This document shows, in pieces, positions 1 through 10,049 of a stretch of 64,000 nucleotides of DNA. Source of the stretch: a virus; IMG/VR virus record IMGVR_UViG_3300047558_000077, positions 32,001 through 96,000 of that record. One strand, written 5' to 3'. The position numbers and the translations under genes were made by a program. Position 1 is the stretch's first letter, and each line of letters starts with the position of its first letter. The notes below the pieces were generated by a model. That model made no database searches, had not been told where the DNA came from, and saw only the letters and a list, made by a program, of their open reading frames with translations.

Positions 1-73
1 CCTAACAATAGCAATACGGACAAATACGTTATAGGAATGGAACTAGTAGTAGGTGAAAAAGGTATGACCATAA

Positions 74-307
74 ATGAAATTTGACAGTGAGTTCTTTTTA
101 GAATGGACATCGACGGCGCTGGTTATCACCGGCGCCGTTTTAACTGCTTGGAACATCTATCCACTGAACTTGGCAGTTCAGATTGTCGGTAATATAGGAT
201 GGTTCATTGTTGGTTATATGTGGCGCAAATGGTCGCTTATGACCATTCAAGCAATAATCAGTGTAATCTACATTGTAGGTTTTCTAACGAAAGGACAATT
301 CGTATGA
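74..307 (+). CDS. Small membrane protein
   Basis: 77 aa, about three hydrophobic helices. Confidence 0.6.
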   Translation: MKFDSEFFLEWTSTALVITGAVLTAWNIYPLNLAVQIVGNIGWFIVGYMWRKWSLMTIQAIISVIYIVGFLTKGQFV

Positions 308-781
308 GATACAATCATTGGTTCTGGAATAGTTCGTTTATGAATAAGGTGGCGACTTTTGTCGTATATCTAAACAACTATCTCTGGAGTAAGCAGTATG
401 GCAAAAACTGATCCGCACAAAACACATTCATACTCACATGATTGGATGTTGATGACAGCCTTTGACTTTGAACTACGCAATCACCTCGCAGTAAAGTATA
501 AGCACAATAATGAAAAAGCTATCATTGAACAATATCTCCAAGATCGTGTAAAAGAAATCAAGGAACGTTGGAAGTGAGAACTAACTTTTCACCGTTCAAA
601 TCAGGTGATGTTGTGAGAATCAAATCTGACTTTCCCTATATCAATAGAGAACTGATGATTGATGAAATATATACTATCGAACAGATGTTTTCGGATGCTG
701 GTATAGTATCGCTTGTAGGATTCCCTAAAGGTAAAACATTTCCAGAAGGCGCATTTGAGTTACTGTATAATGGAGAAATGA

Positions 782-2059
782 GTGGCAAAGACTGATGAAG
801 AACTAAAAGATGTAGAAAGACAATGGGTCGAATTTCAGGCTAAGTTTGATCCTAAGTCTATTGAAGCACTATCAGATGATGAACTTAAAAAGGTTGTTGT
901 TGATGATCTTACTACTGTATCCAACATGACAGTGGAAGAGTATACACTTTTTCAGAAGTGGTTAGAAGTTCACATCAAATATCCTACACACGAGGTCTCT
1001 ACGCTTTTTGGTGAAGAAAGGCAAATGGTTGATCTTGAAGCTGAACGAGAAATAATGAAGATCAAAGAGAATATTTGGATTCCAAAAGAACCTCAAGATT
1101 ATATCAATCTAAAACCTGTACTGGTATACACACCGCAATTTAAGTTGCAAGAGACTTGGAACACAATCCGTAATTTTACATCCACGATGAAGAATAACTC
1201 CAACATTGGACGTAATCTTTCTTATCTTGTTCAAGATGATGTTACAGGCAAGTATCTTGGTGTTATCTGTGTTTCATCCGACTTTCTCGATCTTACACCG
1301 AGAGATAAGTTTATTGGCTGGGACCGTGACGTTAAGACTAGTCAAGGTATGATCAATCATACTGCTATTGGTTCTACTATCGTTCCTCTACAGCCTCTAG
1401 GTTACAATTACACAGGCGGCAAGTTGCTAGCCTTACTTTGTCTTGCTGACAAGGTGCAACAAGATTGGAAGGATCAATACAATGATACGCTCGTTGGTGT
1501 CACTACTACATCTCTATACGGTAGAAATAAGACTGGTGGTCTATCGCAGTATGATAGACTTACACATTGGAAGAAAATGGGCTTCACAAGCGGTTCTGTC
1601 TCTTATGAAACGAGAAAACCTGTTGTAAAGCAAATGTTGGATTGGTTGAAGAAGAACCATACTCGCAAGTATTTTGAATGGTATGAAGCGAAGAACCTTG
1701 ATGGTATGCCTTTCAAACGTGACCATAAGAACCGTTCTTATACATTCATCTATTCACAACTCGGTGTTCCAAAAGAATTAGTTCGTTCAGAACATGCTCG
1801 TGGTATCTACTTTGCTCCTTTATACAACAATGCTTGCGAGTTTCTTCGTAAAGACATTACAGAAGATAAGTTGGTGAAGACCATCGATACTAGTTACGAT
1901 GCACTCGTGAATAACTGGAAAGAAAAGTATGCGGCTAAACGGATTCGATCCTTGATTGAACAGGACCGAGTATCACATGAAACACTATTTTATGATGATC
2001 TGATCTATATGGATTGGGAAGAAACCAAGGCTAAGTATCTAACACAGGTGGGAAGATGA
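782..2059 (+). CDS. DUF4338 (Druantia DruA-like) domain protein
   Basis: Motifs GRNLSYLVQD..TGKYLGVI, RDKFIGW, PLGYNYTGGKLLALL and TTTSLYG typical of DUF4338; GTG start after a GGAG SD. Confidence 0.65.
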   Translation: MAKTDEELKDVERQWVEFQAKFDPKSIEALSDDELKKVVVDDLTTVSNMTVEEYTLFQKWLEVHIKYPTHEVSTLFGEERQMVDLEAEREIMKIKENIWIPKEPQDYINLKPVLVYTPQFKLQETWNTIRNFTSTMKNNSNIGRNLSYLVQDDVTGKYLGVICVSSDFLDLTPRDKFIGWDRDVKTSQGMINHTAIGSTIVPLQPLGYNYTGGKLLALLCLADKVQQDWKDQYNDTLVGVTTTSLYGRNKTGGLSQYDRLTHWKKMGFTSGSVSYETRKPVVKQMLDWLKKNHTRKYFEWYEAKNLDGMPFKRDHKNRSYTFIYSQLGVPKELVRSEHARGIYFAPLYNNACEFLRKDITEDKLVKTIDTSYDALVNNWKEKYAAKRIRSLIEQDRVSHETLFYDDLIYMDWEETKAKYLTQVGR

Positions 2060-2186
2060 CGTTTACTCCTGACTCTCATTACTTCAACTTCTATGCTATA
2101 CAGTCACAAATGGAACATGCCATTCATTGGCTAATTCTACCATTCTTACTATACATCGTTTATAGATTGGTAAAGGGAATGGTTGG

Positions 2187-2705
2187 TTGAAGGTAGCAGA
2201 ACTCTTTTCGTATAAAGAGATTGATGGCAAATGGCGGGCTTTCAAGGTCCGTCGTTTGTCGTTTGTTCCTCTAGAATACACTGATAGAAACATAGAATGG
2301 GCTTCCAATAAGATACTAGAAACATTGGATCAATCCTATCTTTCTAAAAGATACAAAGAAGAAAACAAAATCAATCCTACATATGGTCATTGTTATCATG
2401 TCACACAGGCTATGTTTTATATGTTCGACACCGACCTGCTCGTGCCCATGCGTGGTGAAGATCACAGGAATGAATACCATTGGTGGCTGCAAGACGGTGA
2501 AAAAATAGTTGACCCGACCGCAAATCAGTATTATACTAGAGGCGAGTTACCTCCTTATGAGAACGGAAAGAAAAGTCAGTGGTATGCATGGCAGCGTCAA
2601 CCGTCGGCACGAGCATTCCGTTTGATTGTAAACGTCCTAGACAATGTGATCGATTCCACTGAATTGGTTGTCAACGAACACCATAACTCATTGATTTCAT
2701 TATGA
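2187..2705 (+). CDS. Hypothetical protein, possible papain/transglutaminase-like Cys-His-Asp fold
   Basis: GHCYH ... HWWL ... IVDPTANQY pattern. Confidence 0.45.
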   Translation: MKVAELFSYKEIDGKWRAFKVRRLSFVPLEYTDRNIEWASNKILETLDQSYLSKRYKEENKINPTYGHCYHVTQAMFYMFDTDLLVPMRGEDHRNEYHWWLQDGEKIVDPTANQYYTRGELPPYENGKKSQWYAWQRQPSARAFRLIVNVLDNVIDSTELVVNEHHNSLISL

Positions 2706-2735
2706 CTTGACAAATGCAACCGGTTTTGCTATGAT
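2684..2735 (+). promoter_or_regulatory. sigma70-type early promoter with upstream IHF-consensus site
   Basis: TTGACA 2707-2712, 17 bp, TATGAT 2730-2735; 2684-2696 reads AATCAATGAGTTA on the - strand (WATCAANNNNTTR). Confidence 0.7.
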
Positions 2736-2759
2736 ATTGAAAATCGTGAAAGGAAACAA

Positions 2760-4946
2760 ATGTCGGTTATCTCTACTTCTTCCAATTCGCTTCTAGCAAA
2801 ACTTCTTGCTACGGAAAACATTACGGTCCAGCATCAGTCTGGTATTAAGACTGCTATGTTTGACCTCAAGAATCGTATTCTTATGCTGCCTGTGTGGCAG
2901 GATGTTTCTGCTGACCTTGAACATTTGCTTATTGGTCACGAAACTGCCCATGCGATTGATACACCTAATGCAGAAGAATATCGTAAAGCATATGAAGGTA
3001 TTGCCAAGCGTGTATTTGGTAGCGAACTGACTGACCAGTTGACTAAAACTGTTGCTGGCTTTCTTAACGTTATTGAAGATGCTCGCATTGACAAGCGCCA
3101 GAAGCGCCGTTATCCTGGCCTTCGCAAAAACTATCTTCTTGGTTACAAAGAGTTGTTTGATCGCAACTTCTTTGGCACCACTGGTCGTGATATCAACGGC
3201 ATGAACTTTATCGACCGCTTGAATATCTATTTCAAGGGTGGTAATGTCAATCTCAATATCGAGTTTACACCCGAAGAAAAGGCATTGTTGAAGCGTGTTG
3301 AGAATGCTGAAACTTTTGCCGAAGTTATCGAACTGACCGAAGAAGTTTATCGGTTCTGTAAGGGTCAGATTGAAAATCAGCCTGACGATATTGATATCGG
3401 TCTTGGTGCTTCCGAGAACGGTGAAGACGGTGATGAATTTGACATGGAAATGTCAGATGATGCTGATGGTTGGGAAGATGGTGAAGATGATGATGCCAAA
3501 GGTGGCAAAGGTCGGAGCACTGGCGAAGGTGATATAGCGCCTACTGGTTCTGGTGGACCTTCTCGTGGTGCCGGTTCTGATGGTGTTGTGAATGATAAAG
3601 CACCAGAGTCCGTTACTGATAGCGTCTGGGAAAAGAAGCGTGAGGAACTTGTTCGTGATGCTAACACGGACTATATCTATCTTTCGCTTCCTCAGATTGA
3701 TTATAGTCAGTGCATTGACAACTACAAAGTTGTCCTTGCCGATTGGCGTAAAGAAATGACCAATGGTCACTGGCGTGGTATTGATCCGCCTCGGTTCGCC
3801 GAATTTCGCCGTGAGTTTATGGAATGGCGATCAAAAGAAAAAGATACTATTTCGTTTCTTGTAAAAGAGTTTGAACAGCGCAAGAGTGCCGAACTTTATT
3901 CTCGCATCTCTATCGCTAAGACTGGTATGATTGATACCAACAAACTCCACTCTTACAAGTATAACGATGATATCTTCCGTCGTTTGTCTATCATTCCTGA
4001 AGGCAAGAACCACGGTTTCGTTATGTTTCTTGACTGGTCTGGTTCCATGCTGTTCGGTCTAAAGCATACAATGAAACAGTTGTTTACACTGGTTTTATTC
4101 TGTAAGCAGATCCAGGTGCCCTTTGAAGTCTATGCGCTCAAAGATGCTCATGGTAATAATGCATATACTTACGAAGGTCAAAACATTCTGGAACTGAATA
4201 AAGTATGTCTTCGTCAGTTCCTGTCGTCTAAAATGAATACGGCAGAACTAAATGAGGCTATGACTTTCTTGTGGGGTATGGCTCATGGTGCTTATCTTTA
4301 CTGTGACGGTATGGGTGGCACGCCTTTGAATGAGGCTCTTATTCTTGCGCCGAAGATTGTAAATGATTTTCGTGCCAAGTATAAACTTGAAATCGTGAAC
4401 ACCATTGTTCTTACGGACGGTGATGCTAACGGATTCAATGGCGTGTTTAACGAAACTAATAACAACAAATCATACTCTCTTGGTCGGCGTAAGAGACAGT
4501 ATTTTTACACCGACAAGATTACAGGTAGAACGCATGAGATTTGGCCTCATAGTAATGGTTACACTAACAACACCAACATCTTTCTGCGTATTCTGAAAGA
4601 CCAGACTGGTTGCAATCTTATCGGGTTCTTTCTCTTTACAGAGTCTTGGACCAGATTTACATATCGTTTCTTGGATCAAAACACAATGGAGCATAAGAGC
4701 AAGGTTCAAAAGTTCTGGAAAGATAACAAGTTCTATCCTGTCAAGAGTGCCGGTTACGATGATTATTATGTCATCGATGCCAATGCTCTAAGAGAAGGTG
4801 ATGTAGGTCTTGAAATCGACAACAGCAAGTCCACGAAAGTTATGGCTAAGGCATTCTCCAAGTTTGCCGCTAAGAAGGCTGTAAATCGTGTCCTTCTTCG
4901 GAACTTTATCGACCACGTAACTGGTCAGGCCAAGAAGGTTGCATAA
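2760..4946 (+). CDS. CobT-like vWA protein with N-terminal HExxH metallopeptidase-like domain and acidic/Gly linker
   Basis: HETAH, NVIEDARI, acidic linker, MIDAS DWSGS...GGTP...LTDG; partner of the adjacent MoxR ATPase. Confidence 0.8.
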   Translation: MSVISTSSNSLLAKLLATENITVQHQSGIKTAMFDLKNRILMLPVWQDVSADLEHLLIGHETAHAIDTPNAEEYRKAYEGIAKRVFGSELTDQLTKTVAGFLNVIEDARIDKRQKRRYPGLRKNYLLGYKELFDRNFFGTTGRDINGMNFIDRLNIYFKGGNVNLNIEFTPEEKALLKRVENAETFAEVIELTEEVYRFCKGQIENQPDDIDIGLGASENGEDGDEFDMEMSDDADGWEDGEDDDAKGGKGRSTGEGDIAPTGSGGPSRGAGSDGVVNDKAPESVTDSVWEKKREELVRDANTDYIYLSLPQIDYSQCIDNYKVVLADWRKEMTNGHWRGIDPPRFAEFRREFMEWRSKEKDTISFLVKEFEQRKSAELYSRISIAKTGMIDTNKLHSYKYNDDIFRRLSIIPEGKNHGFVMFLDWSGSMLFGLKHTMKQLFTLVLFCKQIQVPFEVYALKDAHGNNAYTYEGQNILELNKVCLRQFLSSKMNTAELNEAMTFLWGMAHGAYLYCDGMGGTPLNEALILAPKIVNDFRAKYKLEIVNTIVLTDGDANGFNGVFNETNNNKSYSLGRRKRQYFYTDKITGRTHEIWPHSNGYTNNTNIFLRILKDQTGCNLIGFFLFTESWTRFTYRFLDQNTMEHKSKVQKFWKDNKFYPVKSAGYDDYYVIDANALREGDVGLEIDNSKSTKVMAKAFSKFAAKKAVNRVLLRNFIDHVTGQAKKVA

Positions 4947-4996
4947 AATCAAAGACTTAGGAAGGGGTTGACAAGACCCCTTCCTTGTGCTATAAT
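4947..4996 (+). promoter_or_regulatory. sigma70-type early promoter with upstream IHF-consensus site
   Basis: AATCAAAGACTTA 4947-4959; TTGACA 4968-4973, 17 bp, TATAAT 4991-4996. Confidence 0.75.
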
Positions 4997-5032
4997 CCTT
5001 ATATAATGAGAAATGTGAAAGGAAAATCTCAT

Positions 5033-6253
5033 ATGACTAATGATCGTGATGTGTTTCTCGACAAAGTTCGGTTCGAGTTGGGTGGTGTGACTGAAATTAC
5101 CCGTCAACAGGCAATTGAATTGGCTGAAAAGTATAATCTTCCACGCCCACGCTGGGTTTGGAACGACCCTGCTCGGCGCCTCGGTCGTGGTGTATATGCT
5201 CTTCCTGAGCATAGTGGTTCCGTTGTTGCCACTTCTGCGCCTGTTACTAAAGTAAAGGCTCCTCGTAAGACTGCTAAGATCCAGTCTGTTGTTCCTGTTA
5301 CCGAAAATATGATTGCTATGGCTTCGACTGTTTCTATGTCTGCTCCTTCTACTAGCGCAACCGCTGAAATCTCCCTTGTGCCCGAAAAGGCTTCGGGTTA
5401 TGTGCCGTTCGGTAACTTTGCCGATGTTCGTGCTATTATCAAGTCTAAGAAGTTTTATCCTGCATATATCACGGGTCTTTCTGGTAACGGTAAGACTATG
5501 ATGGTCGAACAGGTTTGCGCTCAGGAAAAGCGTGAATGTGTCCGTGTCAATATTACTATTGAAACTGACGAAGATGACCTTATCGGTGGTTTCCGACTTG
5601 TCGATGGTCAGACCGTTTGGCAGGATGGTCCTGTTATCACGGCTATGACTCGTGGTGCGGTTCTCCTTCTAGACGAAGTTGACCTTGGTTCTAATAAACT
5701 AATGTGTCTCCAGCCTGTTCTCGAAGGCAAGTCTGTCTTCCTCAAGAAGATCAATCGCCTTGTTCATCCTGAAAATGGTTTCAATGTGATTGCTACAGCA
5801 AACACCAAGGGTAAGGGTTCTGACGATGGTCGCTTTATTGGCACCAACGTTATGAACGAAGCGTTCCTTGAGCGTTTCTCTATCACTATGGAGCAGGAAT
5901 ATCCTGCACAGAAAACCGAGACTAAGATCCTCAACAATGTTCTTGGTGCTTCTGGTATTGAAGCAAAAGAGTTTGTGGATAAACTGGTGACTTGGGCAGA
6001 TGTTATTCGCAAGTCCTTCTATGAAGGTGCTTTGTCTGAAATCATCTCCACTCGTCGTCTCGTCCATATCTGTGAGGCTTATTCTATCTTTGGGCAGAAC
6101 CGTGTGAAGGCACTTGAACTGTGCTTGAACCGCTTTGATGTGGATACTAAGAATGCGTTTATGGAACTCTATAAGAAAGTCGATGAAACCATTGATCCGC
6201 AGCCTGTTTCGGAATCGGAAACAGCCAAAGTGGGTGAAGAGATTGCTTTCTAA
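5033..6253 (+). CDS. cobS: CobS-like MoxR-family AAA+ ATPase
   Basis: Walker A GLSGNGKT, Walker B LLLDE, ATANTKG, NEAFLERF, ISTRRL; start set at ATG after the AAAGGA SD. Confidence 0.85.
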   Translation: MTNDRDVFLDKVRFELGGVTEITRQQAIELAEKYNLPRPRWVWNDPARRLGRGVYALPEHSGSVVATSAPVTKVKAPRKTAKIQSVVPVTENMIAMASTVSMSAPSTSATAEISLVPEKASGYVPFGNFADVRAIIKSKKFYPAYITGLSGNGKTMMVEQVCAQEKRECVRVNITIETDEDDLIGGFRLVDGQTVWQDGPVITAMTRGAVLLLDEVDLGSNKLMCLQPVLEGKSVFLKKINRLVHPENGFNVIATANTKGKGSDDGRFIGTNVMNEAFLERFSITMEQEYPAQKTETKILNNVLGASGIEAKEFVDKLVTWADVIRKSFYEGALSEIISTRRLVHICEAYSIFGQNRVKALELCLNRFDVDTKNAFMELYKKVDETIDPQPVSESETAKVGEEIAF

Positions 6254-6359
6254 CCCATAACAAGAATACCCGTGTATAGTAAAATGATGCTGGTGGTTAT
6301 ACACGGGGCCTTTTCTTTCACGACCACCAGCATCAAAACTTTGAATGGAGAAATATATA

Positions 6360-6581
6360 ATGGCTACCCCACGTAAGACTCAGATTGAGAAGATTGAAAA
6401 CGTTCTATGGCGTCACAACACCGGTGCTGGTGTTACTGCCGATAAGATTGCTTCACTAGCCCGTGTTCCTCGCAGTGCCGTCGGCAAGCGTGTTTATGAT
6501 CTTCGTGAAGATTACACAATCTATACTAACTATCGCAATGTAAATGGCAAGCGCACAGCATTCTATCGCATTGCTGGCTGA
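6360..6581 (+). CDS. Small winged-HTH-like DNA-binding protein
   Basis: TADKIASLARVPRSAVGKRVYDLR helix-turn-helix-like pattern followed by a beta wing. Confidence 0.5.
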   Translation: MATPRKTQIEKIENVLWRHNTGAGVTADKIASLARVPRSAVGKRVYDLREDYTIYTNYRNVNGKRTAFYRIAG

Positions 6582-6651
6582 TTTGTAAAAAGTCTGCTAT
6601 ATAAGCGTAGGGACAGAAATGACCCTACGCTATTCGTTTATGGAGAATAAT

Positions 6652-7482
6652 ATGGAAATAAAAATCAGTGCGGATGAATTGAGAAAGAAGAAGTTGTTTG
6701 TAGCAACACCTTGTTATGGTGGTCAGTGTCTAGGTCTTTACGCTAAAGCATGTCTCGATTTACAAGCTATCTGTATTCAGTATGGTATTGAATGCCGCTT
6801 TTCATTCATCTTTAATGAGTCTCTAATTACAAGAGCAAGAAACTATTTGGTTGATGAGTTTCTTCGTTCTGGTTGCACACATCTACTATTCATCGACGCT
6901 GATATCAATTTCAATCCTCAGGATGTTCTAGCACTTCTGGCACTTGATCGTGATATCATCGGCGGCCCATATCCAAAGAAGTCAATCAACTGGTCAAACA
7001 TCGTCAATGCTATTCAGAAGAATAGTAAAGTTGATGGCGAGAATATCAAACTGCGTGATGGTTTTAATCCTGGTGATCTTGATCAGATTACTGGTGACTT
7101 TGTTTTTAATCCTGTTCCAGGCACAACATCTTTCCGTGTAACTGAACCTGTCGAAGTTATGGAAATCGGCACAGGCTACATGATGGTCAAGCGTGAAGTA
7201 TTTGACAAATTCAAAGAAGCATATCCAGAACTAAACTATAAGCCCGATCACATTGGTCAGGCTAACTTTGATGGTTCAAGATACATTCATGCATTCTTTG
7301 ATACGGTTATTGATCCTGATTCACATCGTTATCTCTCGGAAGATTACATGTTCTGTCAGTGGTCACGAAAGATTGGTATTAAGATTTGGCTATGCCCATG
7401 GATGAAGACAACCCACGTTGGAACATATGGCTTCCAAGGTGATCTACCCGCAGTCGCAGCACTCTCGGGAAACTTGAGATAA
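6652..7482 (+). CDS. GT-A fold glycosyltransferase-like protein
   Basis: VATPCYGG, ESLITRARN, LLFIDAD (DxD), YLSEDYMFC. Confidence 0.65.
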   Translation: MEIKISADELRKKKLFVATPCYGGQCLGLYAKACLDLQAICIQYGIECRFSFIFNESLITRARNYLVDEFLRSGCTHLLFIDADINFNPQDVLALLALDRDIIGGPYPKKSINWSNIVNAIQKNSKVDGENIKLRDGFNPGDLDQITGDFVFNPVPGTTSFRVTEPVEVMEIGTGYMMVKREVFDKFKEAYPELNYKPDHIGQANFDGSRYIHAFFDTVIDPDSHRYLSEDYMFCQWSRKIGIKIWLCPWMKTTHVGTYGFQGDLPAVAALSGNLR

Positions 7483-7489
7483 GAGGAAT

Positions 7490-7558
7490 ACTAAATAGAT
7501 GTAGGCCACGGTGCTACCAACACCTGCCTACCCTAACGCTATGAAGGAGCGCCAGCCT
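7490..7558 (+). promoter_or_regulatory. Late promoter plus structured RNA leader of the HNH endonuclease (copy 1)
   Basis: ACTAAATA then GTAGGC-CAC-GGTG-loop-CACC-T-GCCTAC, CTAA, CGCT-ATGAAGG-AGCG, CAGC; covaries with 23976-24044. Confidence 0.75.
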
Positions 7559-8172
7559 ATGTCTATTTATCGTCGGATCTATACAGAACATTTTGGTCCA
7601 ATTCCAAAGGGTTATCATATCCATCATAAAGATGGAAATCATTCTAATAATGATCCTTTGAATCTTGTTGCCATTGCGGCAAAAGAGCATTATGATATAC
7701 ATTTTAGTCAAGGAGACTATGGTGCCTGTTGGGCAATGTATCGCACAGGTCATATGACACTAACAAGTGAGGAACGATCCGCACTAGTTAGTAAGCAACA
7801 AAAGATGTTGTTAGAATCAAACAAACATCCTTTTCAAGATCAAAAAATCGTGAAAAGAACAGGCAGATTCATTTGGATAAAATATCTAAAAGAACACACC
7901 ATCTTCAATCAGGATCTATTCAAAGAATACAAAACGCCAAGAGGATTCTTGAAGGAACACACAACTTATTAGGTGAAAACAATCCGATTCACGAAAGAGT
8001 TGAAAAAGGTTTACACCAAGAGATGATGAAGAATGAGAATAAAAAACGATTGGCAAATGGGACACATAACTTTACCATGAAATGGATATGTCCAATATGC
8101 GGTAAAAGTGGAACCAACCAAACAAACTATAGTAGATGGCATGGTGATAGATGTAGGGAGAATATAAAATGA
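7559..8172 (+). pseudogene. HNH homing endonuclease split by a 1-nt frameshift in an A6 run (7842-7847)
   Basis: HIHHKDGNHSNNDPLNL HNH motif; adding one A joins it to the 7873-8172 frame with GTHNL/GTHNF repeats and a CPIC..H..C zinc finger. Confidence 0.75.
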
Positions 8173-8765
8173 TTATTGGTTTGGTAGGATTTATTGGTGC
8201 AGGTAAAGGTACGGTAGCAGATATTTTAGTAAGAGAACATGAATATCATAAGTTTAGTTTTGCTGATGCTCTAAAGGATGCCGTTGCCACAATCTTCACA
8301 TGGCCACGAGGTCTTCTAGAGGGTGACTCAAACGCTTCTAGAGCATTTCGTGAGCGTGTTGATCCGTGGTGGTCACATAAACTCGGCTATGAGGTTACTC
8401 CACGGCTCATTCTACAAAAGATGGGTACCGAAGCATGTCGGCACGGAATCGCAGATAACATCTGGATTGCCGCATTAGAGAAACGCATTCATGGATATGA
8501 TGATGTGGTTATCTCCGATGTTCGTTTTCCAAACGAAATCGATTTTGTTCGGAGTGCCGGTGGTATCATAGTTCAGGTCAATAGAGGTAATGCACCCACA
8601 AAAGAAGAACTATCCAAAATGCATATATCGGAGACAGCATGGAACTATGTTGTGCCAGATTACATCATAGATAATGATGGTTCATTACAGGAACTGAAAG
8701 ATAAGATAAAAATAGTCTTGACAGTAGAACAAAAACCTACTACAATATTTCATCATCCGGTATGA
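8169..8765 (+). CDS. Deoxynucleoside monophosphate kinase (T4 gp1-like)
   Basis: GFIGAGKGT P-loop, SFADALK, TPRLILQKMGTE, ISDVRFPNE, HISE. Confidence 0.9.
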   Translation: MIIGLVGFIGAGKGTVADILVREHEYHKFSFADALKDAVATIFTWPRGLLEGDSNASRAFRERVDPWWSHKLGYEVTPRLILQKMGTEACRHGIADNIWIAALEKRIHGYDDVVISDVRFPNEIDFVRSAGGIIVQVNRGNAPTKEELSKMHISETAWNYVVPDYIIDNDGSLQELKDKIKIVLTVEQKPTTIFHHPV

Positions 8766-8778
8766 TAAGGAGAATATA

Positions 8779-9432
8779 ATGAAGCTAAGTGAGAATACAC
8801 TATCCGTCCTAAAGAACTTTGCCACGATCAATAGTGGTGTTGTTTTAAATGCAGGCAAGATTCAAAAAACAATCTCACCTGAGAAGTCTATTCTAGTTGA
8901 AGCAACACTTGATGATGACATTCCAACACCATTTGGAATTTACGATCTAAATCGGTTCTTGGGCAATCTAACAACACTAAAGAATCCTGAATTGACCTTT
9001 AATAATGAATCCGTTACTCTAGATGATGGAGAGTTTTCATTCGATTATCATGCTTGTTCTGCTAATCTTATTATCACTCCTCCAAATAAGGATATTATGT
9101 TGCAAACGATTGATGTTACATTCTCTCTTCCTAATGTGATTCTACAGAAGCTACTTAAAGTTGCCACCATGAACGGTCTACCTAATCTCTCTGTTGTAGG
9201 TAAAAATGGTGAGTTGCTACTTCGTATTCACGAAAAGGCAAACGATACATCTAACAGTGGAACTATGAAGATTGGTGAGTATGCGGGTCAGGACTTCACT
9301 GCTACATTCAACACAGAGAATCTAAAGCTATTGTCTGATGACTACACCGTAGAAATCCAGAAAGGTGCTTTTGCGAAGTTTGTGAATGCCGCCGGCAATC
9401 TAAAGTATTTCGTTGCTCTGGAGACAAAGTAA
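8779..9432 (+). CDS. gp45: Sliding clamp
   Basis: MKLSENTLSVLKNFATIN, FGIYDLNRFL; own promoter TTGACA 8718 / TACAAT 8741. Confidence 0.93.
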   Translation: MKLSENTLSVLKNFATINSGVVLNAGKIQKTISPEKSILVEATLDDDIPTPFGIYDLNRFLGNLTTLKNPELTFNNESVTLDDGEFSFDYHACSANLIITPPNKDIMLQTIDVTFSLPNVILQKLLKVATMNGLPNLSVVGKNGELLLRIHEKANDTSNSGTMKIGEYAGQDFTATFNTENLKLLSDDYTVEIQKGAFAKFVNAAGNLKYFVALETK

Positions 9433-9601
9433 TGTCCATGTTTTCTAGAATATATTTTGGCGGAATATTTCTACTATTCTTATCACTAGGATTGATTGCA
9501 TATCAAGACTATACAGAGAATAGAAAGTGTGAAGATGCTGGTGGCATCTATGGTGGCCACGACATGTGTGTGAATCCGGCAGCAATCATTGAGGTAGACT
9601 A

Positions 9602-9898
9602 ATGAGTATGATGGGACATAATCAGCAACAGCGTTCGGTTCAGGGACTAACCGAAGAAGAACGCAAGGTCTTTCGCAAGGCTATTATGGAGTTGAATGAC
9701 TCCATGACTCGTGTTGGTGCCGAGCGAGAACTACAGAAAGAGACTATCAATGAACTAAGTGATAAACTGGATATTGATAAGAAACTCATTCGCCGTATGG
9801 CACGCACATACTTCAAGGCAAACTTCAACTCTGAGGTTCAGGAGAACACAGACTTTGAAGAGTTTTACACCACTGTGATGGAGAAGACACAACTATGA
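9602..9898 (+). CDS. dsbA: T4 DsbA-like dsDNA-binding protein
   Basis: Size and LDIDKKLIRRMARTYFKANF..EEFY pattern resemble T4 DsbA. Confidence 0.6.
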   Translation: MSMMGHNQQQRSVQGLTEEERKVFRKAIMELNDSMTRVGAERELQKETINELSDKLDIDKKLIRRMARTYFKANFNSEVQENTDFEEFYTTVMEKTQL

Positions 9899-10049
9899 TG
9901 GCGCTTATCTTTGAGTTGCTAAGTGTAGTAAACTTTATAACTGCATCCTACTATTGGATTATGGATCACGATGATATCAATCGCTGGTTGTTTCTTCTTC
10001 TAACATCTATTATAATGCAACTTAGCGCATCTCGTTATGAGGAAAATGA

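Noticed and set aside
2760-6253. Cobalamin chelatase, or a pMMO metal-insertion chaperone
   Set aside because: No cobN; the pair is widespread in T4-like phages without pmoC, so no specific link is supported
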